Assembly (NCBI RefSeq): GCF_037042905.1
Contig: NC_087246.1
Span: 34,224,001-34,288,000, forward strand
Origin: Lytechinus pictus
Taxonomy: Eukaryota
Length of the DNA stretch: 64,000 nt
Reading direction: 5' to 3'
The stretch's first letter is position 1. The number at the start of each line of letters is the position of its first letter. Of the stretch, positions 26,900 to 38,741 are shown one piece after another. The position numbers and the translations under genes are program-made. The notes under the pieces were generated by a model, which searched no databases, was not told the origin of the DNA, and saw nothing but the letters and a program-made list of their open reading frames with translations.

Positions 26900-26919
26900 A
26901 AAATAGACTTTACTTCCAT
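25477..26919 (-). CDS. LINE reverse transcriptase (endonuclease missing; first ~7 codons come from the host spacer)
   Basis: 480-aa open frame with KATGPDG, LNDFRPIALT, DPLQFAY, ADFTSAFNTI, GTPQGCVLSP, KYADD and YKYLG motifs. Confidence 0.85.
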   Translation of the reverse strand: MEVKSILGHVTEQDRNVITEEVVRKVLKSIKSSKATGPDGLGGRMLKSCSQQLCGIFSRLFQWSLDSHTIPLLWKSAIISPVPKVAKPRQLNDFRPIALTPVIMKCFEKVVRDILKEETKNIVDPLQFAYQDNRGVEDACAFLTHTVLGHLDKPLTYVRILFADFTSAFNTIVPHMLIRKLYDMNVNPRLLLWIGDFMTNRPQRVRMGDVLSEEKILNTGTPQGCVLSPMLYTLFTSDSDNQSNTEHCKVVKYADDTCIIGLVKDNNEVEYRNKVADFVASCKQMSLLLNTKKTKEMIVDFRKKNYDPCPIVIDQDEIEIVSEYKYLGTHIDNDLNWNVNTQKIVSKANQRVYFLRKLKSFSVKRETLLFCFESLIKPIISFSCAIWFFGLTSQNKDRLSKAIKNASKVIGLPIPQLEDIAYKAVLDKLHSIIRDDTHPLHDFVVFNRSGRIRLPRIRTSRFRCSFLTNAMVLYNAEFKR

Positions 26920-27173
26920 TTTAATCGAAAATTATTATGAAGACACATTGCGATTACAGTATCAATAATGAAAAGGAACTCTAAGAATGAATGGAATGAC
27001 AAGAAACAATCAAAAAATAATAATTTAGCAAAACTATTTTGTATTCATGGGCCCAAGCACCCTAGAGCCATTTTGCTTTTATATTGAACAATAACTTGTA
27101 CTAGAAAATCATGCACAAGAAATAGACATCCTTCCAGTTTAGTTGAATATATTAAAAACGAGAAAAAATGTAT

Positions 27174-27215
27174 TAGCAAAGGTTTTGGTACTCTGACGTC
27201 TGGGTTTACTCTGCT
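27174..27215 (-). pseudogene. Internally deleted tRNA-iMet pseudogene
   Basis: Keeps both acceptor ends and a degenerate T arm; lacks D arm and anticodon. Confidence 0.7.
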
Positions 27216-27449
27216 TTACCAATTTTTTTGTCCTCCCAATTTGATTTAAACCATATTATCTATATGAGGGGAATAACATTAAAATAACAAGTAATTCTAT
27301 GAACAAAGTGAGCAGAGCGAAGTTTCAAAGGACTTTTCATGTATTTGCCGAGTTCATGTCCTATGCGTATAACTTTGCTTCTTTAACAACCGGAATTTTG
27401 ATGAAAAATGTTATACGTCGATGATAAAAACAAAAGAAAGAAAATATAT

Positions 27450-27521
27450 TAGCAGAGCGAGGTTTCGATCCTCGGACCTCTGGGTTATGGGCCCAGCACG
27501 CTTCCGCTGCGCCACTCTGCT
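27450..27521 (-). tRNA. tRNA-iMet (CAT), consensus
   Basis: Identical to consensus. Confidence 0.95.
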
Positions 27522-27765
27522 TCACGATAAATGCCAGGTTCTTTCATCATGATTCCAATTATGAGGATAATCTGTACAAATGAATGACAAACAAGAGACA
27601 ACTTCAAAACAAATTTAGCAGAGCGATACTTCAAGACTTTTTATAGCCAAGCGCAGCAATATTTTTCTTCTATGTATATAATGAACACTGCTAACAAAAT
27701 CATGCAAATAAAAAGACTTTTCTTCCTTTTTTAATCGTAAATATGAACGAAACCAAAAATGGTAT

Positions 27766-27837
27766 TAGCAGAGCGAGGTTTCGATCCTCGGACCTCTGGG
27801 TTATGGGCCCAGCACGCTTCCGCTGCGCCACTCTGCT
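27766..27837 (-). tRNA. tRNA-iMet (CAT), consensus
   Basis: Identical to consensus. Confidence 0.95.
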
Positions 27838-28104
27838 TCATGGTAAGTACCCGAGTATCTTTTCATGAACCAATTTTAATGATCATGAGAATAATCTCTA
27901 AGAACGAATAAAATTACCCTGAGAAACAAATAAAAACAAATTTAGCAGAGCGAATATTTAAAAGACTTCTCATTCATGGGCCAATGCAGAGCCATTTTGG
28001 TTTTATAATGAAGATTATTTTGTATTCGAAAATTATGCAAAACAAATACATTTTCTATCATTTAAATCAAAAATATTAAACGAAAAAAAAAACAACAATC
28101 AGAA

Positions 28105-28176
28105 TAGCAGAGCGAGGTTTCGATCCTCGGACCTCTGGGTTATGGGCCCAGCACGCTTCCGCTGCGCCACTCTGCT
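28105..28176 (-). tRNA. tRNA-iMet (CAT), consensus
   Basis: Identical to consensus. Confidence 0.95.
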
Positions 28177-28653
28177 TCGCGGTAACTGGAGTATCTTTTC
28201 ATAATGATTAAATTTTAGCAATCATGAAAACAACGTAAAGGAGCTAATGAAAGGGCAACAAGGAACAATTAATAAACAAATTTAGCAGAGCGACTTTGCA
28301 AAATACTCCTCGTACATGGACCAATGCATCGCTAGTTTGCTTCTATATACGCATATTGATCAGTGCTTAGAAAATCATGCAAAGATAGACTTTACTTCCA
28401 TTTTAATTGAAAATTATTATGAAGACACATTGCTATTACAGTATTAATAATGAGAAGGAACTCTAAGAATGAATGGAATGACAAGAAACAATTAAAAATA
28501 ATAATAATGCAAAACTATTTTTTATTCATGGGCCCAAGCACCCTAAAGCCATTTTGCCTTTATATTGAACAATAACTTGTACTAGAAAATCATGCACAAG
28601 AAATATACATCCTTCCAGTTTAGTTGAAAATATTATAACGATAAAAAATGTAT

Positions 28654-28695
28654 TAGCAAAGGTTTTGAAACTCTGACGTCTGGGTTTACTCTGCT
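28654..28695 (-). pseudogene. Internally deleted tRNA-iMet pseudogene
   Basis: Same deletion as 27174. Confidence 0.7.
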
Positions 28696-28933
28696 TTACC
28701 AATTTTTTTTTGTCCTCCCAATTTGATATAAACCATATTATCTATATGAGGGGAATAAAATTAAAATAACAAGTAATTTTATAAACAAAGTGAGCAGAGC
28801 GAAGTTTCAAAGGACTTTTCATTAATTGGCCAAGTATACATGTCCTATGCGTAACTTTGCTTCTTTAACAACCGGAATTTTGATGAAAAATGTTAAACGT
28901 CGATTCGATAAACCCAAAGGAAAGAAAATATAT

Positions 28934-29005
28934 TAGCATAGCGAGGTTTCGATCCTCGGACCTCTGGGTTATGGGCCCAGCACGCTTCCGCTGCGCCACT
29001 CTGCT
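28934..29005 (-). tRNA. tRNA-iMet (CAT), C68A variant
   Basis: One acceptor-stem mismatch. Confidence 0.88.
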
Positions 29006-29222
29006 TCATTGGAATTACTGGGATATCTCCACACAAATCAATGTAATTGAGAAGGAATGAGATGAAAATAAATAGTTACAAAAAAGTACATTTAGCAGAT
29101 TAGATTTCTCATTCATGGCTCAATATTTTTTTGCGTAACTTTTTTCTAATAAGTCAAAAGAAATATGACTATTTCTTTTCAATTAAATATATCAAACGAT
29201 CGGTTAAGAAAACAAAATATGT

Positions 29223-29294
29223 TAGCAGAGCGAGGTTTCGATCCTCGGACCTCTGGGTTATGGGCACAGCACGCTTCCGCTGCGCCACTCTGCT
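29223..29294 (-). tRNA. tRNA-iMet (CAT), G30U variant
   Basis: One anticodon-stem mismatch. Confidence 0.85.
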
Positions 29295-29782
29295 TCCCGA
29301 TAAATACTACTCTCTTTCCATAATGATTCCATTTTAACAATTATGAAAACGATGTAAAGGAGTGAATGAAAGGGCAACAAGGAACAATTGAAAAAAATAC
29401 AAATTTAGCAGAGCGACTTTGAAAAAATACTCCCCATACATGGACCAAAGCATCGCTAATTTGCTTCTATATATATGCATGATGAACAGTGCTTAGAAAA
29501 TCACGCAAAAATAGACTTTACTTCCATTTTAATCGAAAATTATTATGAAGACACATTGCGATTACAGTATCAATAATGAGAAGGAACTCTAAGAATGAAT
29601 GGAATGACAAGAAACAATCAAAAAATAATAATTTAGCAAAACTATTTTGTATTCATGGGCCCAAGCACCCTAAAGCCATTTTGCCTTTATATTGAACAAT
29701 AACTTGTACTAGAAAATCATGCACAAGAAATAGACATCCTTCCAGTTTAGTTGAATATATTAAAAACGAGAAAAAAATGTAT

Positions 29783-29824
29783 TAGCAAAGGTTTTGGTAC
29801 TCTGACGTCTGGGTTTACTCTGCT
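29783..29824 (-). pseudogene. Internally deleted tRNA-iMet pseudogene
   Basis: Same deletion as 27174. Confidence 0.7.
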
Positions 29825-30058
29825 TTACCAATTTTTTTGTCCCCCCCCCCCAATTTAATTTAAACCATATTATCTATAAGAGGGGAATACAATTAAAATA
29901 ACAACTAATTTCATGAACAAAGTGAGCAGAGCGAAGTTTCAAAGGACTTTTCATGTATTTGCCGAGTTCATGTCCTATGCGTTTTGCTTCTTTAACAACC
30001 GGAATTTTGATGAAAAATGTTATACGTCGATGATAAAAACAAAACAAAGAAAATATAT

Positions 30059-30130
30059 TAGCAGAGCGAGGTTTCGATCCTCGGACCGCTGGGTTATGGG
30101 CCCAGCACGTTTCCGCTGCGCCACTCTGCT
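30059..30130 (-). tRNA. tRNA-iMet (CAT), G22A+A44C variant
   Basis: Two substitutions. Confidence 0.85.
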
Positions 30131-30365
30131 TCATTGGAATTACTAGGATATCTCCACACAATTTAATGTAAATGAGAAGGAATGAGATGAAAATAAATAA
30201 ATAGTTACAAAAAAAAGTACATTTAGCAGATTAGATTTCTCATTCATGGCTGAATATAACTTAGTCGTTTTTGCCTAACTTATTTTTTAATAAGTCAAAA
30301 GAAATATAATGTTATTCATTTTCAATTGAATATATCAAACGATCGGTAAAGAGGAAAAGATATGT

Positions 30366-30437
30366 TAGCAGAGCGAGGTTTCGATCCTCGGACCTCTGGG
30401 TTATGGGCCCAGCACGCTTCCGCTGCGCCACTCTGCT
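30366..30437 (-). tRNA. tRNA-iMet (CAT), consensus
   Basis: Identical to consensus. Confidence 0.95.
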
Positions 30438-30675
30438 TTTTTGGAATTACTAGGATATCTCCACATAATTCAATGGAAATGATAATTATATACGAAGGAA
30501 TTAAATGAAAATAAATAGTTACGAACATACATTTAGCAGATTAGATTTCTCATTCATGGCTGAATATAACTTAGTCGTTTTTGCCTAACTTATTTTCTAT
30601 TAAGTCAAAAGAAATAAAATGTTATTCATTTTCAGTTGAATATATCAAACGATCGGTAAAGAGGAAAAAATATGT

Positions 30676-30747
30676 TAGCAGAGCGAGGTTTCGATCCTCG
30701 GACCTCTGGGTTATGGGCCCAGCACGCTTCCGCTGCGCCACTCTGCT
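30676..30747 (-). tRNA. tRNA-iMet (CAT), consensus
   Basis: Identical to consensus. Confidence 0.95.
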
Positions 30748-30991
30748 TCACGATAAATGCTATGTACTTTTCATCATGATTTTAATTATTAGAATAATCT
30801 GTACAAATGAATGACAACAAATTACAACTTCAAAACAAATTAAGCAGAGCGATACTTTAAGCCTTTATGTAGCCCAGCGCAGCGATATTTTGCTTCTGTG
30901 TATATAATGAACAGTGCTTAAAAAATCATGCAAATAAATAAACTTTTCTTCCTTTTTTAATCGAAAATATGAACGAAATAAAACATGGTAT

Positions 30992-31063
30992 TAGCAGAGC
31001 GAGGTTTCGATCCTCGGACCTCTGGGTTATGGGCCCAGCACGCTTCCGCTGCGCCACTCTGCT
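30992..31063 (-). tRNA. tRNA-iMet (CAT), consensus
   Basis: Identical to consensus. Confidence 0.95.
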
Positions 31064-31311
31064 TTTTTGGAATTACTGGGATATCTCCACATAATTCAAT
31101 GGAAATGATAATTCCCGGCGGTGATAATTATATACGAAGGAACGAAATAAAAATAAATAGTTACGAAAACATACATTTAGCTGATTAGATTTCTCATTCA
31201 TGGCTGAATATAACTTAGTCATTTTTGCGTAACTTTTTTCTATTTCTATAAGTCAAAAGAAATATAATACTATTCATTTTCAATTAAATATCGGTACAGA
31301 GGAAAAAACGT

Positions 31312-31383
31312 TAGCAGAGCGAGGTTTCGATCCTCGGACCTCTGGGTTATGGGCCCAGCACGCTTCCGCTGCGCCACTCTGCT
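31312..31383 (-). tRNA. tRNA-iMet (CAT), consensus
   Basis: Identical to consensus. Confidence 0.95.
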
Positions 31384-31626
31384 TCACGATAAATGCCAGG
31401 TTCTTTCATCATGATTCCAATTATGAGGATAATCTGTACAAATGAATGACATCAAGAAACAACTTCAAAACAAATTTAGCAGAGCGATACTTCAAGACTT
31501 TTTATAGCCAAGCGCAGCAATATTTTTCTTCTATGTATATAATGAACACTGCTAACAAAATCATGCAAATAAAAAGACTTTTCTTCCTTTTTTAATCGTA
31601 AATATGAACGAAACCAAAAATGGTAT

Positions 31627-31698
31627 TAGCAGAGCGAGGTTTCGATCCTCGGACCTCTGGGTTATGGGCCCAGCACGCTTCCGCTGCGCCACTCTGCT
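31627..31698 (-). tRNA. tRNA-iMet (CAT), consensus
   Basis: Identical to consensus. Confidence 0.95.
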
Positions 31699-31965
31699 TC
31701 ATGGTAAGTACCCGAGTATCTTTTCATGAACCAATTTTAATGATCATGAGAATAATCTCTAAGAACGAATAAAATTACCCTGAGAAACAAATAAAAACAA
31801 ATTTAGCAGAGCGAATATTTAAAAGACTTCTCATTCATGGGCCAATGCAGAGCCATTTTGGTTTTATAATGAAGATTATTTTGTATTCGAAAATTATGCA
31901 AAACAAATACATTTTCTATCATTTAAATCAAAAATATTAAACGAAAAAAAAAACAACAATCAGAA

Positions 31966-32037
31966 TAGCAGAGCGAGGTTTCGATCCTCGGACCTCTGGG
32001 TTATGGGCCCAGCACGCTTCCGCTGCGCCACTCTGCT
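31966..32037 (-). tRNA. tRNA-iMet (CAT), consensus
   Basis: Identical to consensus. Confidence 0.95.
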
Positions 32038-32514
32038 TCGCGGTAACTGGAGTATCTTTTCATAATGATTAAATTTTAGCAATCATGAAAACAACGTAAA
32101 GGAGCTAATGAAAGGGCAACAAGGAACAATTAATAAACAAATTTAGCAGAGCGACTTTGCAAAATACTCCTCGTACATGGACCAATGCATCGCTAGTTTG
32201 CTTCTATATATGCATGATGAACAGTGCTTAGAAAATCATGCAAAGATAGACTTTACTTCCATTTTAATTGAAAATTATTATGAAGACACATTGCTATTAC
32301 AGTATTAATAATGAGAAGGAACTCTAAGAATGAATGGAATGACAAGAAACAATTAAAAATAATAATAATGCAAAACTATTTTTTATTCATGGGCCCAAGC
32401 ACCCTAAAGCCATTTTGCCTTTATATTGAACAATAACTTGTACTAGAAAATCATGCACAAGAAATATACATCCTTCCAGTTTAGTTGAAAATATTATAAC
32501 GATAAAAAATGTAT

Positions 32515-32556
32515 TAGCAAAGGTTTTGAAACTCTGACGTCTGGGTTTACTCTGCT
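32515..32556 (-). pseudogene. Internally deleted tRNA-iMet pseudogene
   Basis: Same deletion as 27174. Confidence 0.7.
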
Positions 32557-32794
32557 TTACCAATTTTTTTTTGTCCTCCCAATTTGATATAAACCATATT
32601 ATCTATATGAGGGGAATAAAATTAAAATAACAAGTAATTTTATAAACAAAGTGAGCAGAGCGAAGTTTCAAAGGACTTTTCATTAATTGGCCAAGTATAC
32701 ATGTCCTATGCGTAACTTTGCTTCTTTAACAACCGGAATTTTGATGAAAAGTGTTAAACGTCGATTCGATAAACCCAAAGGAAAGAAAATATAT

Positions 32795-32866
32795 TAGCAT
32801 AGCGAGGTTTCGATCCTCGGACCTCTGGGTTATGGGCCCAGCACGCTTCCGCTGCGCCACTCTGCT
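32795..32866 (-). tRNA. tRNA-iMet (CAT), C68A variant
   Basis: HOR paralogue of 28934. Confidence 0.88.
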
Positions 32867-33083
32867 TCATTGGAATTACTGGGATATCTCCACACAAATC
32901 AATGTAATTGAGAAGGAATGAGATGAAAATAAATAGTTACAAAAAAGTACATTTAGCAGATTAGATTTCTCATTCATGGCTCAATATTTTTTTGCGTAAC
33001 TTTTTTCTAATAAGTCAAAAGAAATATGACTATTTCTTTTCAATTAAATATATCAAACGATCGGTTAAGAAAACAAAATATGT

Positions 33084-33155
33084 TAGCAGAGCGAGGTTTC
33101 GATCCTCGGACCTCTGGGTTATGGGCACAGCACGCTTCCGCTGCGCCACTCTGCT
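33084..33155 (-). tRNA. tRNA-iMet (CAT), G30U variant
   Basis: HOR paralogue of 29223. Confidence 0.85.
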
Positions 33156-33643
33156 TCCCGATAAATACTACTCTCTTTCCATAATGATTCCATTTTAACA
33201 ATTATGAAAACGATGTAAAGGAGTGAATGAAAGGGCAACAAGGAACAATTGAAAAAAATACAAATTTAGCAGAGCGACTTTGAAAAAATACTCCCCATAC
33301 ATGGACCAAAGCATCGCTAATTTGCTTCTATATATATGCATGATGAACAGTGCTTAGAAAATCACGCAAAAATAGACTTTACTTCCATTTTAATCGAAAA
33401 TTATTATGAAGACACATTGCGATTACAGTATCAATAATGAGAAGGAACTCTAAGAATGAATGGAATGACAAGAAACAATCAAAAAATAATAATTTAGCAA
33501 AACTATTTTGTATTCATGGGCCCAAGCACCCTAAAGCCATTTTGCCTTTATATTGAACAATAACTTGTACTAGAAAATCATGCACAAGAAATAGACATCC
33601 TTCCAGTTTAGTTGAATATATTAAAAACGAGAAAAAAATGTAT

Positions 33644-33685
33644 TAGCAAAGGTTTTGGTACTCTGACGTCTGGGTTTACTCTGCT
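33644..33685 (-). pseudogene. Internally deleted tRNA-iMet pseudogene
   Basis: Same deletion as 27174. Confidence 0.7.
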
Positions 33686-33918
33686 TTACCAATTTTTTTG
33701 TCCCCCCCCCCAATTTAATTTAAACCATATTATCTATAAGAGGGGAATACAATTAAAATAACAACTAATTTCATGAACAAAGTGAGCAGAGCGAAGTTTC
33801 AAAGGACTTTTCATGTATTTGCCGAGTTCATGTCCTATGCGTTTTGCTTCTTTAACAACCGGAATTTTGATGAAAAATGTTATACGTCGATGATAAAAAC
33901 AAAACAAAGAAAATATAT

Positions 33919-33990
33919 TAGCAGAGCGAGGTTTCGATCCTCGGACCGCTGGGTTATGGGCCCAGCACGTTTCCGCTGCGCCACTCTGCT
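33919..33990 (-). tRNA. tRNA-iMet (CAT), G22A+A44C variant
   Basis: HOR paralogue of 30059. Confidence 0.85.
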
Positions 33991-34225
33991 TCATTGGAAT
34001 TACTAGGATATCTCCACACAATTTAATGTAAATGAGAAGGAATGAGATGAAAATAAATAAATAGTTACAAAAAAAAGTACATTTAGCAGATTAGATTTCT
34101 CATTCATGGCTGAATATAACTTAGTCGTTTTTGCCTAACTTATTTTTTAATAAGTCAAAAGAAATATAATGTTATTCATTTTCAATTGAATATATCAAAC
34201 GATCGGTAAAGAGGAAAAGATATGT

Positions 34226-34297
34226 TAGCAGAGCGAGGTTTCGATCCTCGGACCTCTGGGTTATGGGCCCAGCACGCTTCCGCTGCGCCACTCTGCT
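34226..34297 (-). tRNA. tRNA-iMet (CAT), consensus
   Basis: Identical to consensus. Confidence 0.95.
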
Positions 34298-34535
34298 TTT
34301 TTGGAATTACTAGGATATCTCCACATAATTCAATGGAAATGATAATTATATACGAAGGAATTAAATGAAAATAAATAGTTACGAACATACATTTAGCAGA
34401 TTAGATTTCTCATTCATGGCTGAATATAACTTAGTCGTTTTTGCCTAACTTATTTTCTATTAAGTCAAAAGAAATAAAATGTTATTCATTTTCAGTTGAA
34501 TATATCAAACGATCGGTAAAGAGGAAAAAATATGT

Positions 34536-34607
34536 TAGCAGAGCGAGGTTTCGATCCTCGGACCTCTGGGTTATGGGCCCAGCACGCTTCCGCTGCGCCA
34601 CTCTGCT
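34536..34607 (-). tRNA. tRNA-iMet (CAT), consensus
   Basis: Identical to consensus. Confidence 0.95.
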
Positions 34608-34851
34608 TCACGATAAATGCTATGTACTTTTCATCATGATTTTAATTATTAGAATAATCTGTACAAATGAATGACAACAAATTACAACTTCAAAACAAAT
34701 TAAGCAGAGCGATACTTTAAGCCTTTATGTAGCCCAGCGCAGCGATATTTTGCTTCTGTGTATATAATGAACAGTGCTTAAAAAATCATGCAAATAAATA
34801 AACTTTTCTTCCTTTTTTAATCGAAAATATGAACGAAATAAAACATGGTAT

Positions 34852-34923
34852 TAGCAGAGCGAGGTTTCGATCCTCGGACCTCTGGGTTATGGGCCCAGCA
34901 CGCTTCCGCTGCGCCACTCTGCT
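34852..34923 (-). tRNA. tRNA-iMet (CAT), consensus
   Basis: Identical to consensus. Confidence 0.95.
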
Positions 34924-35171
34924 TTTTTGGAATTACTGGGATATCTCCACATAATTCAATGGAAATGATAATTCCCGGCGGTGATAATTATATACGAAGG
35001 AACGAAATAAAAATAAATAGTTACGAAAACATACATTTAGCTGATTAGATTTCTCATTCATGGCTGAATATAACTTAGTCATTTTTGCGTAACTTTTTTC
35101 TATTTCTATAAGTCAAAAGAAATATAATACTATTCATTTTCAATTAAATATCGGTACAGAGGAAAAAACGT

Positions 35172-35243
35172 TAGCAGAGCGAGGTTTCGATCCTCGGACC
35201 TCTGGGTTATGGGCCCAGCACGCTTCCGCTGCGCCACTCTGCT
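35172..35243 (-). tRNA. tRNA-iMet (CAT), consensus
   Basis: Identical to consensus. Confidence 0.95.
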
Positions 35244-35486
35244 TCACGATAAATGCCAGGTTCTTTCATCATGATTCCAATTATGAGGATAATCTGTACA
35301 AATGAATGACATAAAGAAACAACTTCAAAACAAATTTAGCAGAGCGATACTTCAAGACTTTTTATAGCCAAGCGCAGCAATATTTTTCTTCTATGTATAT
35401 AATGAACACTGCTAACAAAATCATGCAAATAAAAAGAATTTTCTTTATTTTCTAATCGAAAATATGAACGAAACCAAAAATGGTAT

Positions 35487-35558
35487 TAGCAGAGCGAGGT
35501 TTCGATCCTCGGACCTCTGGGTTATGGGCCCAGCACGCTTCCGCTGCGCCACTCTGCT
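35487..35558 (-). tRNA. tRNA-iMet (CAT), consensus
   Basis: Identical to consensus. Confidence 0.95.
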
Positions 35559-35806
35559 TTTTTGGAATTACTGGGATATCTCCACATAATTCAATGGAAA
35601 TGATAATTCCCGGCGGTGATAATTATATACGAAGGAACGAAATAAAAATAAATAGTTACGAAAACATACATTTAGCTGATTAGATTTCTCATTCATGGCT
35701 GAATATAACTTAGTCATTTTTGCGTAACTTTTTTCTATTTTTATAAGTCAAAAGAAATATAATACTATTCATTTTCAATTAAATATCGGTACAGAGGAAA
35801 AAACGT

Positions 35807-35878
35807 TAGCAGAGCGAGGTTTCGATCTTCGGACCTCTGGGTTATGGGCCCAGCACGCTTCTGCTGCGCCACTCTGCT
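35807..35878 (-). tRNA. tRNA-iMet (CAT), G18A+G52A variant (possibly impaired)
   Basis: Changes at conserved G18 and in the T stem. Confidence 0.7.
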
Positions 35879-36147
35879 TCATGGTAAGTACCCGAGTATC
35901 TTTTCATAATGAACCGATGTTAATGTTCATGATAATAATCTCTAAGAACAAATAAAATTACCCTGAGAAACAAATAAAAGCAAATTTAGCAGAGCGAATC
36001 TTCAAAAGACTTCTCATTCATGGGCCAATGCCGAGCCATTTTGCTTTTATAATGAAGATTATTTTGTATTCGAAAATTATGCAAAACAAATACATTTCCT
36101 ATCATTTAATTCGAAAATATTAAACGAAAAAACAACAACAATCAAAA

Positions 36148-36219
36148 TAGCAGAGCGAGGTTTCGATCCTCGGACCTCTGGGTTATGGGCCCAGCACGGT
36201 TCCGCTGCGCCACTCTGCT
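36148..36219 (-). tRNA. tRNA-iMet (CAT), G22C variant
   Basis: One D-stem mismatch. Confidence 0.85.
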
Positions 36220-36697
36220 TCGCGGTAACTGGTGTATTTTTTCATAATGATTAAATTTTAGCAAATATGAAAACAACGTAAAGGAGCCAATGAAAGGGCA
36301 ACAAGGAACAATTAATAAACAAATTTAGCAGAGCGACTTTGCAAAATACTCCTCGTACATGGACCAATGCATCGCTAGTTTGCTTCTATATACGCATATT
36401 GATCAGTGCTTAGAAAACCATGCAAAAATAGACTTTACTTCCATTTTAATCGAAAATTATTATGAAGACACATTGCGATTACAGTATCAATAATGAAAAG
36501 GAACTCTAAGAATGAATGGAATGACAAGAAACAATCAAAAAATAATAATTTAGCAAAACTATTTTGTATTCATGGGCCCAAGCACCCTAGAGCCATTTTG
36601 CTTTTATATTGAACAATAACTTGTACTAGAAAATCATGCACAAGAAATAGACATCCTTCCAGTTTAGTTGAAAATATTATAACGAGAAAAAATGTAT

Positions 36698-36739
36698 TAG
36701 CAAAGGTTTTGATACTCTGACGTCTGGGTTTACTCTGCT
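36698..36739 (-). pseudogene. Internally deleted tRNA-iMet pseudogene
   Basis: Same deletion as 27174. Confidence 0.7.
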
Positions 36740-36967
36740 TTACCAATTTTTTTTTAGTCCTCCCAATTTAATTTAAACCATTGGGAGTGGAATAAACTGA
36801 AATAAAAAATAATTTTCTAAACAAAGTAAGCAGAGCAAAGTTTCAAAAGACTTCATTTATTGGCCAAGTATACATGTCCTGTGCGTAAGTTTGCTTCTTT
36901 AACAACAGGAATTTTGATGAAAAATGTTAAACGTCGATTCGATAAAAACAAAAGAAGGAAAATATAT

Positions 36968-37039
36968 TAGCAGAGCGAGGTTTCGATCCTCGGACCTATG
37001 AGTTATGGGCACAGCACGCTTCCGCTGCGCCACTCTGCT
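36968..37039 (-). tRNA. tRNA-iMet (CAT), G30U+C40U+G43U variant (likely non-functional)
   Basis: Two anticodon-stem pairs broken. Confidence 0.6.
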
Positions 37040-37277
37040 TTATTGGAATTATTTGGATATCTTCACATAATTCAATGTAAATGATAATTATATACGAAGG
37101 AATGAAATGAAAATAAATAGTTACGAACATACATTTAGCAGATTAGATTTCTCATTCATGGCTGAATATAACTTAGTCGTTTTTGCCTAACTTAGTTTCT
37201 AATAAGTCAAAAGAAATATAATGTTGTTCATTTTCAATTGAATATATCAAACGATCGGTAAAGAGGAAAAAATATGT

Positions 37278-37349
37278 TAGCAGAGCGAGGTTTCGATCCT
37301 CGGACCTCTGGGTTATGGGCCCAGCACGCTTCCGCTGCGCCACTCTGCT
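37278..37349 (-). tRNA. tRNA-iMet (CAT), consensus
   Basis: Identical to consensus. Confidence 0.95.
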
Positions 37350-37593
37350 TCACGATAAATGCCAGGTTCTTTCATCATGATTCCAATTATGAGGATAATC
37401 TGTACAAATGAATGACAAACAAGAAACAACTTCAAAACAAATTTAGCAGAGCGATACTTCAAGACTTTTTATAGCCAAGCGCAGCAATATTTTTCTTCTA
37501 TGTATATAATGAACACTGCTAACAAAATCATGCAAATAAAAAGACTTTTCTTTCTTTTTTAATCGAAAATATGAACGAAACCAAAAATGGTAT

Positions 37594-37665
37594 TAGCAGA
37601 GCGAGGTTTCGATCCTCGGACCTCTGGGTTATGGGCCCAGCACGCTTCCGCTGCGCCACTCTGCT
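37594..37665 (-). tRNA. tRNA-iMet (CAT), consensus
   Basis: Identical to consensus. Confidence 0.95.
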
Positions 37666-37913
37666 TCATGGTAAGTACCCGAGTATCTTTTCATGAACCA
37701 ATTTTAATGATCATGAGAATAATCTCTAAGAACGAATAAAATTACCCTGAGAAACAAATAAAAACAAATTTAGCAGAGCGAATATTTAAAAGACTTCTCA
37801 TTCATGGGCCAATGCAGAGCCATTTATTTTGTATTCGAAAATTATGCAAAACAAATACATTTTCTATCATTTAAATCAAAAATATTAAACGAAAAAAACA
37901 ACAACAATCAAAA

Positions 37914-37985
37914 TAGCAGAGCGAGGTTTCGATCCTCGGACCTCTGGGTTATGGGCCCAGCACGCTTCCGCTGCGCCACTCTGCT
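37914..37985 (-). tRNA. tRNA-iMet (CAT), consensus
   Basis: Identical to consensus. Confidence 0.95.
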
Positions 37986-38462
37986 TCGCGGTAACTGGAG
38001 TATCTTTTCATAATGATTAAATTTTAGCAATCATGAAAACAACGTAAAGGAGCTAATGAAAGGGCAACAAGGAACAATTAATAAACAAATTTAGCAGAGC
38101 GACTTTGCAAAATACTCCTCGTACATGGACCAATGCATCGCTAGTTTGCTTCTATATACGCATATTGATCAGTGCTGAGAAAATCATGGAAAGATAGACT
38201 TTACTTCCATTTTAATTGAAAATTATTATGAAGACACATTACTATTACAGTATTAATAATGAGAAGGAACTCTAAGAATGAATGGAATGACAAGAAACAA
38301 TTAAAAATAATAATAATGCAAAACTATTTTTTATTCATGGGCCCAAGCACCCTAAAGCCATTTTGCCTTTATATTGAACAATAACTTGTACTAGAAAATC
38401 ATGCACAAGAAATATACATCCTTCCAGTTTAGTTGAAAATATTATAACGATAAAAAATGTAT

Positions 38463-38504
38463 TAGCAAAGGTTTTGATACTCTGACGTCTGGGTTTACTC
38501 TGCT
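38463..38504 (-). pseudogene. Internally deleted tRNA-iMet pseudogene
   Basis: Same deletion as 27174. Confidence 0.7.
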
Positions 38505-38741
38505 TTACCAATTTTTTTTGTCCTCCCAATTTGATTTAAACCATATTATCTATATGAGGGGAATAACATTAAAATAACAACTAATTTTATAAACAAAGTG
38601 AGCAGAGCGAAGTTTCAAAGGACTTTTCATTAATTGGCCAAGTATACATGTCCTATGCGTAACTTTGCTTCTTTAACAACCGGAATTTTGATGAAAAATG
38701 TTAAACGTCGATTCGATAAACCCAAAGGAAAGAAAATATAT

